A model generated the notes under the pieces. It searched no databases, was not told the origin of the DNA, and saw only the letters and a list, made by a program, of their open reading frames with translations. Source: Camelus dromedarius (Eukaryota). Taken from it: a stretch of 64,000 nucleotides of DNA. Positions 52,501-64,000 of the stretch are shown here, in pieces. Each line of letters begins with the position of its first letter. The first letter of the stretch is position 1. The DNA lies in contig NC_087436.1 of the NCBI RefSeq assembly GCF_036321535.1, forward strand, positions 80,912,001 through 80,976,000. Reading direction: 5' to 3'. The translations under genes were made by a program, and so were the position numbers.

Positions 52501-54358
52501 GTCTGTGAGTATGTTATAAAGTGCTTGAACCTCTGTACTTACAATGTGCAAACATCAATGTATGCACAGTTCATGCCACAGCCCTTGTGTGCTGTGATTT
52601 GAAGCTAACGGTCAGGCAGGAGGGCAGGTGAAATCTTCTTGGAACATAAATATATTGAAGGTTGCTAATGAAGACTAATTGATGGTGACAGGAATTAGTC
52701 GATTTTAATAATGTAATTTGTTCAGTATCACTACAGCAATTAAAGAAAAAAAGAAAGAAAAAGATTTAAATCTCTAAATTCTGTGCTGAAAGATTCAAGG
52801 GTAAGGTAAGGTTGTAGTATAGCTTGTTTATTAGCATTGTTAGAAATAATGATCAAGTTAATTAAAATTGAATTACAGTGGGACCATCTCGATAGACTCA
52901 CAACAGCCATTTTAATGAGTTCTATCAAAGGTAGCAATAATAATTAAGCTATTTTGAAACCAGCTCAATAATTTTTATTAGAAATCTACTATGCCCATTT
53001 CTCTCAAGTCCCCGTTGGTAAAACTGCAGTAGCAGGACATTTAGGCTGTGGACTCTGGGTACGGCCAGCTGTGGCCCTGACTGCTCTGCAGTGAACTGTG
53101 AATGCGTTCATGCTGTGTATGCTATTTGAGAAGAGTGGTTGCAATCAATGTATGTTATCCCTCTCTGCACTACTACGCCGCCTTCAAAAGACAATGGTAA
53201 CACTAAAGGAGAGGAGATAGCCTAAGGCAAAGGGCCCCAGTCTTTTCCCAGCACTGAGGGACTCTTCAAATGCCAAAATATTTAAAAGTTTCCTTACATG
53301 TAAGTAGTTGCATTTTTAGCATCCCATTGACTAATGAAAGGTATAATGACACAAAACTCTATGATTTCAGCAGTGATTTGCATTGTATTAGTCACAACTT
53401 CTATATACTAAGAGGAATTATTAGTGAATTTTTGTTTGAGCATATGATGTTTTAGTTCTCAGACGGAGCTGCTGTATTTTTGTCCTTCCCTTTCCTTCTC
53501 CCAGGGTAAGGCCACTGGTATTGGAAATCTGGAGTGAACAGAGATAGGCCCCCATGTTCCTACAACTTCTCCTTGGGGTGTCCATCAGAGCAGGAAGTTG
53601 GGAAAAGGGAGAGTGGGTAGTTACTACACAGATGTCAACACATGTGGCATCTACTTGCTATTTCCATGAGAATGTTTTCCCTTTATCGTATCATAAAGCG
53701 CTATTTTATATATTTGTATTTGTAATTGTAATAAAATAAAGCTAAAGGAAGGGTGAAGCTGTATTCTTTGTCCCTAATTTTGTGAATATTGAGATTTTAT
53801 GTATGAATAATTAAAAGGCTCTTTACATAGGTAAGTACACCTTGACTTTATTGGGCTCAGGAATGACCAATGATGCTAGTAAACATCACTCAATGTAGAT
53901 ATTTATTAATCTTATTGCAGCCTTTTAAGTAAATACTTCATTTTTAAATTTTAAAGCCTCATGACTGCTCAGAAGCCACACAGATTTCTAATAAATATCC
54001 ATAAGTTGATTTATTACAGCTCATTAGTTCCCTTATTATATGTATTATTATTTATTTCTTGTGATTATTATTATTTATTTCATTTATTCATAACTTTGTC
54101 ATGGTGTTCTAGGTTGTTACAAATTTGTGTGTTCTTGGACTATTAGTTTACATTTGAGCACAGTGTGCTTTTCCCTGGAAAGGGTTATTTTCATGGGGGA
54201 TCCCTGCATCTATTAAATAAAAACTGCAATCATAAGGTCATGAGTCTTACCTTGATAAAATGCAAGCACAAATTTTTTAATATTAATAGGTTTATCCACA
54301 TATGTTATACAAAATCATATAGTATAATAGAAACGTAAGTAGTAATAACAAAGTCAGC

Positions 54359-54392
54359 ATTAATTAATTAATTAATTAATTAATTAATTAAT
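54359..54392. repeat. (ATTA)n self-complementary microsatellite
   Basis: ATTAATTAATTAATTAATTAATTAATTAATTAAT, 34 bp, identical to its own reverse complement. Confidence 0.97.
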
Positions 54393-57300
54393 ACCATAGC
54401 CACATTAGAAGTATTGAATTCTTGGTCTATTGGACTTTATGTTTAGAAATTATTTTTCTTGCAAAATAACCTCTGATTATGCTAATCTACTAAAAAGAAC
54501 TATACATAGAAAATCCTAAATTCAGACAAGCATTTTAGTTCTAAAGTTGACTTTTTCATTAATAAAATTAAAGATCAACATTGCTATAATCTTCTTTTCA
54601 TTGAAATATTAACATAAATACTTAGTTTCAAAATTTTTAAATTAATATAATCTTTGTGTGCAAAACATATAAGTTATTTAAAGTAACCATTTTATTATAT
54701 TTTAAAAAAATGGGGCACATTATGAGGAATTAATGAGTCATTTTATACATGGCAAGTAGCTTAATCTTAAATGTTTATTTTTATAATATTAATTTTATAA
54801 AAGACCTAATGAAATAGACATTTTTACAGTGATCTTCCAAAAGGAAAAAAAAAAAGACAGGGGGAAAAAAAGGTAACTTTTGAGACACTTTTAAGCCTAC
54901 AGATTCCATTCTCTAAATTTTGTCAAGTTTTGGCTTAAGTAAGTATGGGAAATTCCAACCCACATTTATATAGTTTTAGAATTTGATAAGCAATTAAAGC
55001 TAGAGATTAAAATAAAAAGCTTTGTTGTTGTTTTAGGCTTTCCTCATGTAGTGTTCAATTCTGAAAATATTTTAATGTTTGTAGACTGATTTTCAAAGAT
55101 TTAATGCTATCACTAAATTTCTGTTATTTATTCACAAATAGTGGTGTTTTTTTCTATTATTGTACAATTCAAAACCAGAGATTCTACGTACTGCATGCTA
55201 AGAAAACCCACCTGGTAAATATCTGGACAATTTTCACATTAAATATGTTCATTATCTTCTGGTCTATACAGCAATATATTGAGAATTTAAAGAACAAACA
55301 AGCAAAATTAAAAGCATCTTAAGATATCTTTACATACTGGTTAAAGTGGAGGCTAGCACTTGTCTAACATAATGGTATAAGATCACCATAGGAAGAGTAT
55401 CTCTTTTGTTTGCCTGGGAAGATGATGCCAGCAATTTTCGGGGGCTAGATCTGAGCCAAGAATAGATGTCTATATTGTAGATCCATTTCTGCATTACCTT
55501 GGAGGAAAAGGAAAAATTTGCCTTAATTTTCTCAGTGATTGAATGTAAATTTCGTGAAGGCACAGATAATCTCTGAACTGACCTTTCATTCTGCACAGGC
55601 CTTGCATTTGAGAGGCGTTAAACACTTTGGCATGCATAAAGGAATCACCTGTGTACATAGCAACTAGCGACTTTCTTGAATTTGCTCATTTCTCCTGGTA
55701 TTATTTTTCTTCGTAAGATTAACTCACTCTGCACTTCTAATTCCTTGTGGTAGTACCTGAGTATCCACCACAGTTTTAAAGGGACTTAGGCAGGGAAATG
55801 GGTAAAATTTACATTGATACTGAGCGTTTACACAGTGGTTGAAGTCTAGATTTTAGACTCATCTGATGTCCCACCCAAAAGCGTCTTTCTTCCTTGAAAA
55901 TGTATCGGAGTTTTGGGCTGAAGTCTTGGTGCTTCAGTTTCTTTCTCATTGGGACTATTCCCCCACCATAGACACTTAGAACCCTCCTTTACTGTACATT
56001 CTTGAATAAAGCACACTGGGCAGAATATCTTCCAGTGAAGGCATTTAGGGCAGACTGTTCAGCATTTAGAAACTCCACCACGTGTCCTCCTCAGCCTCAA
56101 CCCGTGTCATTCCCACCTCACCCCCAGCCTCACTTCTCCACTCTTGCATATTACTCCACTCTTCACAAAGGTTGCTTGCTATCATTTTTAAATTTGGGGA
56201 AAAAATGAGAAATTTGAGAAAATAAAAGGAGAGGATAATAATTTTTAGTCCCATTTGGTTTTATTGTTTCTGTTTTTGCATGGAATTTTTTTTTTTTTTT
56301 TTGCTTGTTTTCTGTTTTATTTTGTCTGCTTAACAGCCCACATCTTGAACTGCCTTTGATTATTGTCTTCTTGGAATATTATTTTGAAAATCTTTCAAAA
56401 ATCACATTATTTTATTGATTTCCCAGGAAGTTTATGTTTGGTAATTTTTCAAATATTGAGGAACTAGTTATCCTCAACTCTGTTTCTTACATAATCAGCC
56501 TCTATCTTTTCTATGTCTTAAGAAGTAAACTTCTAATTTCCAATTTTTTTCGGTTTCACTCCGGGATCTTAAAATCAATAGTCATTTCTTAGGAATAATT
56601 TTTCAAATTTGTGAATGATTGAGCCAAACACTTGCTGTTCTTCCTGAGAACTTCCACCTGCTTTTTGGCCCAGTCACTGTTCATCAGCACCTCCAACAGA
56701 GGGTGAGCACAGAGAGAAAGACGGAGAGCAGTTAATTCTGCAATTTTTTTGGAAACTTGAATAAAAAGTTGGGTAGGAGAGGACATTAAGATTAATACCT
56801 AAAGTGGGATTTTAAATTGGCCTATTGGAGGCTGACAGTTTTTCCTTCTCACAGAAGAACGTAATGATAACAATGATTGTCAAGCACTTGACCGGTTTAA
56901 GTGGCCCGTGAAAGGGAAATTGTGCTGTCTTTTGCATAGGGAGATGCTGCTGCTGACACATTAATGAAAAGAATCCACAATGTACTCAAACGGCCCGAAT
57001 TCAGCTCTTATCTCCAAACTTCATTAGCGTATGTGAGCCTGAACAGCCCCTATACAGGGTTTCTCTTTGTTCTCTTTTCTGTAAAATGTAAGCAGTAACA
57101 GATTTTTCTGGGGGCTGCTGCAGTGAAAGGACATCACATGTAGGAAGACATTTTAAAAACTACAAGGACTGTTCCTGTTCCTTCATGTCATTATCATTAG
57201 TAATGTGTTTGGATGAGTTATTTTGCTTCATTGACACTTTCTTCATTTTCATGCAAGAGAGTTTACTAAGCTGATGGCTACGTCCGCACTCTGTAACAAC

Positions 57301-60300
57301 TAAATATTTTATTTTCCTTGATAACCTCATTGGTTTTGAGTAACTTAAAATAATGACCTCAGACCCAAGTCTCTATTGACAACCCGAACCAGGAAAATAA
57401 CATTTATTCAAGCATAGGATGAGTGCCAAATATCTGAGGCCATTAGCGGTCTTAATAGCTCAACTTTGTGCCCTGATTGTATGTTTTCTGTCATTGGGAC
57501 CAGAATCCGTCCTGAGGTAAGGTTCTTCCCTTAAGTTTCAAATTATCTGAAACTAGATAAAGCAGGTAACACAGAGAGGAAGGAAAATGGGAAAGGAGGC
57601 AAAAGTTACATCTGTTATTTAAAGAGTTTGGACTATGATGAAAACAGGATGAAATGAAGATTTCCTAGACAAATGATAAGGCTTGGAGTATACATGATAC
57701 TGCAATTAGACACATGTAAAGAACCTATTTATAATTTACTCTCTAGCTACTTGAGAACAAGGCATAGGAAGCCATTTTTAAAGTCACACGTAATTTAGGT
57801 AGTTTATAAGTAAATAATTCTTGGGAGCAGATGGTTTTATTTCAATGGCAGTGTTTAATTTTCTAAAGAACACAAACTTAATGAGAAGATTCTGACATGA
57901 GAATGAGTTTGAAATCTACAAAAAGGTACATGTATAGAAAACAAGCCCATCTTACTGTTACTCAGATACTCAAATGGAATTAGATTTGTAAATATTTTAA
58001 GTTCCATGCCAGTTTTACACTAAGAGCTGAGTCCTCAAGAGGGAAGTTACATGTCTGGAGGAGTGTTTCACTCTATGGGTGTGCATGTGTGACATGAGTG
58101 TGCATGGTGTGTGTGCATGTATGCACGCTTGTACTCATGGGTAAGTAGAGAAAGGAGAGCTGGAATGTGAATGATGGGAACATAAAGGCTGTCTTAGAGA
58201 AACTGTGAGTCAACAAGCTCAAGGAAACTCTAGGCTAGTAAGGGAGAGATTTAAAAACAGCCACTGAAAGCATAAAGCAGGAGATTTTTCTAGGAGCTGA
58301 CTGGGATGAGTCTGCTAATCTTGCAAGCGGGAGTTTAGTTCTTTAACAGAATCTAGTAAACTCCACAGTCTAAAAAGTATCAAAGAGAACCATTTTAATT
58401 GGAAACTAAGGTATGAATTTGGAGCCTAGGCAAAGAAGATCCTTCTTTGTTAGTAAGTAATATGAGCCAAATGATTATTTAAGACACACACAGCGGTGAA
58501 AAAACAATTGGGTATATTAAATACATTAACAGTATTTAACTCTGTATGGTGAAATCATGGAAATGTTTAATGTCTTCTTTTATGATTCATTGTAACTTCT
58601 CAATTTCGTGAGTTGAATATATATTAATTTTGTAATTAGACGAAAACAGAAAACACTATTTTAAAACTAAATTTAATCATGGATTTGTGTCTATGTATGT
58701 GTAATCTGAAGGTCCAGGGGACAATAGAGTGTGACACTGGCTGCCATCAAAAACCCATTAGTTCAGTAAGAGTGATGGTTGATCCTTTGCTCTTCTCAGG
58801 ATCTAAACAGGCACATAACCTACTTCATGTTAAAGCGCTTGACTGAGAGCAGGCCTGTCATGGAATTATAGACACAGGGAGGCATCCCCCACCACAGTAG
58901 CCCTTCTCTCTTTGGCAGTCTCTCTCCTTTCTTATCTCTCACAGGGATTTAGTTGAATATTTTGTTCCCAACATTTTAATAGTCGTAGTGCTGCCCCTTT
59001 CCCTGAATCCTGTGATCCAAAGTTTTGGGGGGATGGTGGGCATGAAACTCCCTCAATCTCTTTCCTCCTCATTTAGCTAAGACAAAACTGGACTTTCTAA
59101 AAAAACAAAAACCTCCAATGGGAAATAAAAAGAAAAATCAAAGACCGACAGTTTGAAACAGACATGCCTTGAAGCACAGCCTTCAATCTTAATCCTGAAA
59201 TCAGATCTTGGCATATTTCAGTACCCACACAAATTCTGCATTGTTGGTGAGAACCCGAAGGAAATGTTAGGATTTTGGCAATTCTTGACTATTCATTTTT
59301 GTTACTGTGTTTTTTGCCCTCTTAGGAATTTATGTTTTCCCAAAAGAAAACATAATTAAAGAGCTCCAGTATCTGATATTAAGGGACAAGTGAGTAACAT
59401 GACAATACATCACTCTATGCTAAGATCTTCAAAGAATCTGGCCAGGAATCCAGTGGAAAACTATGCAATTTTAAAATTAGTAAAGTACATTAAAACACAG
59501 TTTTAATCCATACTTGTTTTATAGAATCATTTGACCCATATACTTGAAATATTAGAAAAAGTGATTGTACAAAGCCTTGCTGAGAGTCCTCTAACTAAAT
59601 TCTAAACAAAGTGACATGATAGAAACAGTGTCCAGAGGGCTTTGTCTATGGGGGGTTTTCTGTCCTTGACTCTGGCAATACCAATACTCAAACCACCTGC
59701 TCATGTGTAGAAAGGCCATTATCTGCTTTTGTTTCCTCCCACTCTTCCTTCTCCTCCTCCTCCTTCCTACCTCTTTCTTCATTCCCCCCCGCCCCCCTCC
59801 TCCTCTGCTCCCTTCTATTTCTTTTCTAGGTCTCTGAAATCTCCCTGGTCCTGGAGTATTACACACACCCCTTGGAAATCTCCTTGTTAAAGACCCCTCA
59901 AACCTTGCTAACCTCTTATACTGACCTTTTGTAGACTCTCCTTCTGAGGGTTTCTATGACTTGGGAATCCTGGAAAGTTACCCTTTACCCTCAAAGCATT
60001 GGTAGGTTTTGTAGAGTTCATCTGAAACATGCTTTTAACTCAGAATTCAGTTGACTGGTGAAATCCAGCTTTAAGTGATGCCCTGGGCAGAGACTTTGGG
60101 AACTGAATGACAGACACTGCCCTCTTGGGGGCCTGTTTCAGTCACATTAGCACCCTGCATTGGTTAGAATCTTTCAAATCTCTTGTTAATGAATGCATTT
60201 CTCCTTTAAAGTTGCTACAGTCTGTATGAGGGATGTCTCTCAATCAATCCGCAATTAAAAGAGAAGTAACATACTATGAGTCCTGTGAACAACTAAGCAT

Positions 60301-62039
60301 TTTCTAGTTCAGTCTACACTATCTGGTAACAAAGATCTTTGCTAAATCCCTAAGGCTCTTCTAGGAAACAAATATAGTGGCCCTTCTCTTTCTGCAGAGA
60401 AATGAAAGTGCAGGAGGGGGCTTTGGTAGATATACTTACCCTGCTGCTTAATCCTCAAGTGACAGTCTTTCTATCCTTCAGTTATACTGCCTAGATTAAG
60501 ATAATCACATATATCACACATGTCAGTGAGGTGATGTCAGGTGGGAAGGATGGAGACGGAAGTCAAGAGATGTGAAGGTAAGGTATTGGATGCAAGGTTG
60601 TATCCCAGAGGCATGTCTTAACCATTTGAATTAGGGACTATTTAGCAACCACCTTGAGTTCAATTTTGTATCATCCTGAGTCTGAATTGCTTGTGGTAGT
60701 TGTTAGATCCTGAAATAGGTTACCGACCTGATAGGTTCCTTGTCTTTTTTTAAATGTCAGAATCTTGAATCATGCCTATCAATGCTTGTCCTCCTGAGGC
60801 TCTTGAGTCCATCAAGTGTGTGCAGATTTCATTTGGGTTAATTTCATTGTTTTCCAGCTTTTATCTAAAACCACCCATTGGCATTTACCTGCCAGGGTGC
60901 AAGTAGAACACATAAAGCCACATGAGTTGATAAAGATCATGTATTCCTACCAATTAGACAATAAGCTACATTGCTTCTGGTTAGGAATACCATACACATT
61001 TTAAAAAGGAACTGCCAAAAGAATTTTTTCCCCTGCAGAGCTTAATTTGATTCATTAAAGGGCTGAGAATGCTCCTGCCAGAAAATCAATTTTCTAGTGG
61101 AATATCAGGCTGGGATGGGGCAGATCACCTGGAAGAAAACCGGAGAAAGAAAGATAAAAGCGAAAAACAACGTGTGTCCACAAAGATTTTTATTTTTGGT
61201 GTTTCTAAATTTGAATGTGTACTCTTCCGTATAACTGGGAGATCTCTAATGAGAACACTCTTATTTAGTGTCTTAAAGAAATCTAGTGATGATTTTTCAA
61301 TAATCTAAAGCAGAGATTTTTATAAAGTTTCTTGAAATAATTGAGTTGGCATTCCAGGTAACTAGTACTGTAATATATAGATTTGAAATAGGCGTTTTTT
61401 GGTGGTAGTGGGTGGAGGGGGAGACTGCATCTGCAACATGTTTACTCCTCTGTCCTCTTTCTTTCATACTGTGTAATTCTGAGAGCTCTTAAACCATGAT
61501 AAGGAAGTAATTATGTTTTGAATTTCTCTAAAGATCTAACTAGAGGGCATCCATCTAAATAAATATTTCCAGCAATACAGGTTGAAGGACCCGGGTAATT
61601 CTGATTCCAGAAATAAGATTTTACATAGGTAGCTGAGGGAAGGAAGTAAAACCTGTGTGGGGGGTTTTGGCAAAGAAATGTAGAGCTCCTAGGGGGCGGG
61701 AGACTTGTATTCTCCAACCTTCTCCACACCCACAGCCCCAGATCTGGGACGAACGCGTGTCTACGATACACACAAAATAAAACGAGTGATGCCAGCTGCG
61801 GAGGGACCGAGGCACCGCGGGCTCTGTCTGGCGGAAGGGGAGCCGGGCGCCCGGCAGTGTCACTCAGGCTTTAAGACAACCCTAGCTGTGGTCACTGGGC
61901 GAGAACAGGGCTCCTCCCGGCCTCCCCAGCAGTGCGGCTCGAATCTTCTGAAGCTGCCAGTTGCCAAATGAAATCTGAAACCCAGGGCTGCGTCTGAGGG
62001 TTGGCCCCGCTCAGTTGTTCCAGCCTCTTGTACTGTATA

Positions 62040-62459
62040 TTCACACACAATCACTCTTTCTAACTTCTGGGACTCTTCTTTGCGCAACTGCTAGGATTTC
62101 TCAAGTGCATGTGGCAACTCAGCCCAGCTTCGGGTGGAAACCGGCGGGGATCCGCAGGGTTGCCAAGGCCAGGGGGGCTGTCAAGGCTGCAGTGGGGACT
62201 GGAGAGGATCGAGGCGCGAGCGGCGGTGGGGAAACACCCACAACTTTCCACCCCAGCCGCAACTCGTTGGGCCGCCTCGGATTTCCTCCAAAACCACAGC
62301 TGCGGAGCAACCAAGTGCATGAGGTGCAACACTTCCCCTTGTTGTGGGAAGTAAGGAGACCTCCCTCCCCTCTTTTTTCTTTTCCTTTTCTTTCGGCTTG
62401 TCTGGGCCTTTTTCTTCGGAGCAGCCGCCGCCCCCAGTCTCTCTTGCGCTCCGAGCAAG
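62040..62459 (+). other. ARHGAP24: Non-coding first exon (5' UTR), probably ARHGAP24 (Rho GTPase-activating protein 24, FilGAP); TSS approximate
   Basis: Ends at a good donor AAG|GTAGGT (62459/62460). The blocks aacttctgggactc, gcgcaactgctaggatttctcaagtgcatgtggcaac, caacacttccccttgttgtgg and cttcggagcagc...agcaag match the human ARHGAP24 5' UTR as I remember it (not database-checked). The main CDS would start in a downstream exon outside the window. Confidence 0.72.
62109..62354 (+). other. Upstream ORF (81 aa) inside the putative 5' UTR exon
   Basis: ATG at 62109, in-frame ATG at 62319 and TAA at 62352-62354, all before the donor. Both ATGs have a weak Kozak context. Confidence 0.45.
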
Positions 62460-64000
62460 GTAGGTGACACCGCTGCGGGGGTGTGCGCCCAGGGGCCACC
62501 ACCGGAGGGCTGGGAGGTGGCCTCGGCTGCGCGCGGGGGCTGCGGGCACAGCTGCCTGCACCAAGGGCAGGGGCTGCGGGGGGCGAGCAGGGATCGCTGG
62601 AATCTCGCGCTGGTGCGGTGTGTGTGTGCGCGCGCGCGCGTACACGCGTGTGCAGATGATGGGAAACAATGCTCCTTTATTATTTTTAAATGGATAAAAA
62701 CGGCGCAAGCTGGCAGTATGTGTTTCTGAGCTTAAAAATAGATGACTTTAATGAAAACTCTGTGCAGTTCAATTCCCTTACTATCCATCCTCCCCTTCCC
62801 CTCTGCTTGTTTCCGCTAGTGTCTAATATTGTGAGCGTTTCCTAGATAACAGGCATACAGAGATATATTTTAATAATAAACATTTTCATTGCAAACAAAG
62901 CGTTAGGGAATCTTTGGTGAATTTTAAGCCACCCAAAAGATTTGTTTAGATTTTTTAAGAAGTAACTTTTTGAGGAAGTATCCAAACTCTCTTGAGGATA
63001 AATATGTAATATGGTATCTTAAAAAAAAGTACTTCAGATTGCATACCTTTTATTAAGTCCCCAAATAGAAGGGGAGATACTATTACTCTGAGTTCCTTAG
63101 AGATGTTAGGTTTTCAATACTAGCCAGTAATAGGGAGCCCAGATTCCCTTGTAGTCTATGCCTATACTAATTCATTTAAAATATCATTTCCAAGCTATTT
63201 CTGCTTCCATCATAGTTTGTTACTCTTTTTTTTTAAACATAGCAAGACATCTTTATTTCATCTCTTTCTGAAATGAGGAAATAAATCAATCAAAATCAAA
63301 ATTGGGTATTTGAAATATAAAAGTTGTAAAGGATCTGCTTATCCATAAGTAAAACAATATGTGTTGCTGTGTCTACTAAGTAAGACAAATTAATTGAAAC
63401 CCAGGGATATTTACAGTAGAGTTAAGAGCTTTACTCAATTACTGAGAAGATGGACAGACAGATTAAATACAAACAATCTGTCCCCTGATTCTAATTAGAA
63501 CTCAAAACCAACCCTTAAGGGCAAGAATGGATGTTGCTATTAAGCTGGGCATCATAAAACATAAAATACACAGAATTAATATGTTAAGAAAAGCCAGAAA
63601 ACAAATATAAAGCCCACATCAGACTTGTTAAGATCTCACTCTCTTTTTTAAATTTCTTAATACTTCTTCTCTGGGGATGTTTCAACCTCTAGGAGAGCCC
63701 ACTAATACAATTCCTTTTTTTGTCTTTCCTGAGTGCCTGACCTTCAGGTGGCAAGTCATGAAATCTGTTCTCTTTCGGACTATGACTGAGTTGTCAGAGA
63801 ATTCACCTTAGACATCTTGGAGGACCGATATATTGACAAAACCTTAAAATAAATAAAATCTCCCTACCACTCAGAGGAGGTATGTTCTTGGTGGAAAGAA
63901 CTTTAAGTGAGAATAAGGGAAAAACTGTGAACTTTTTCAGATCTGGAGGTTAGTTTGAGGTATGTGTAAGGAATACACAACTAGAATGATAAAAGTGGGG
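62460..64000 (+). other. ARHGAP24: Start of intron 1 of the putative ARHGAP24 transcript
   Basis: Begins GTAGGT; no convincing coding exon before the window ends. Confidence 0.65.

Larger units (their letters stand above)
61690..62710 (+). promoter_or_regulatory. ARHGAP24: CpG-island promoter, probably of ARHGAP24
   Basis: Abrupt rise in GC and CpG density, GC box GGGGCGGGA at 61693-61701, and overlap with a first-exon-like segment and a 5' splice site. The gene name rests on recalled similarity to the human 5' UTR. Confidence 0.85.

Noticed and set aside
56683..56701. REST/NRSE-like TCAGCACCTCCAACAG
   Set aside because: Lacks the critical GG of the right half-site.
62015..62729. Long ORFs on both strands in the CpG island (up to 175 aa)
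   Set aside because: Expected from stop-codon scarcity in GC-rich DNA; Arg/Pro/Gly/Ala-biased and crossing the splice donor.
1..64000. CRISPR array, prokaryotic-type operon, intact tRNA/rRNA/snRNA or intact endogenous virus
   Set aside because: No regularly spaced repeats, gene-dense segment, intact structured RNA gene or gag/pol/env-like ORF seen.

Overview
Mammalian, AT-rich, essentially non-coding DNA. The 3' UTRs of the youngest L1 copies look camelid (camel/alpaca type), but this is pattern recognition and not a database match. About 61.7 kb is intergenic-looking sequence full of transposon relics: five young 5'-truncated L1 copies (all on the minus strand, three with readable TSDs), older L1MC/L1ME, L2, MIR, MaLR/ERVL LTRs, hAT MITEs and one tRNA-Ile-headed ancient SINE (MamSINE1-like). 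The window ends in a CpG island (about 61.7-62.7 kb) holding a + strand non-coding first exon that ends at AAG|GTAGGT (62459/62460). I recognise it from memory as resembling the 5' UTR exon 1 of ARHGAP24 (FilGAP). No host protein-coding exon, RNA gene or CRISPR array is supported, and the only recognisable protein-like ORFs are dead L1 ORF2 C-termini. I did not find a convincing new biological system. The best leads are regulatory: an 81-codon uORF built on a duplicated motif in exon 1, a G4/Z-DNA pair after the donor, motif-dense repeat-free blocks upstream, CpG-retaining orphan patches, and weak hints of a + strand upstream transcript. Repeat family names and boundaries are by eye and approximate.
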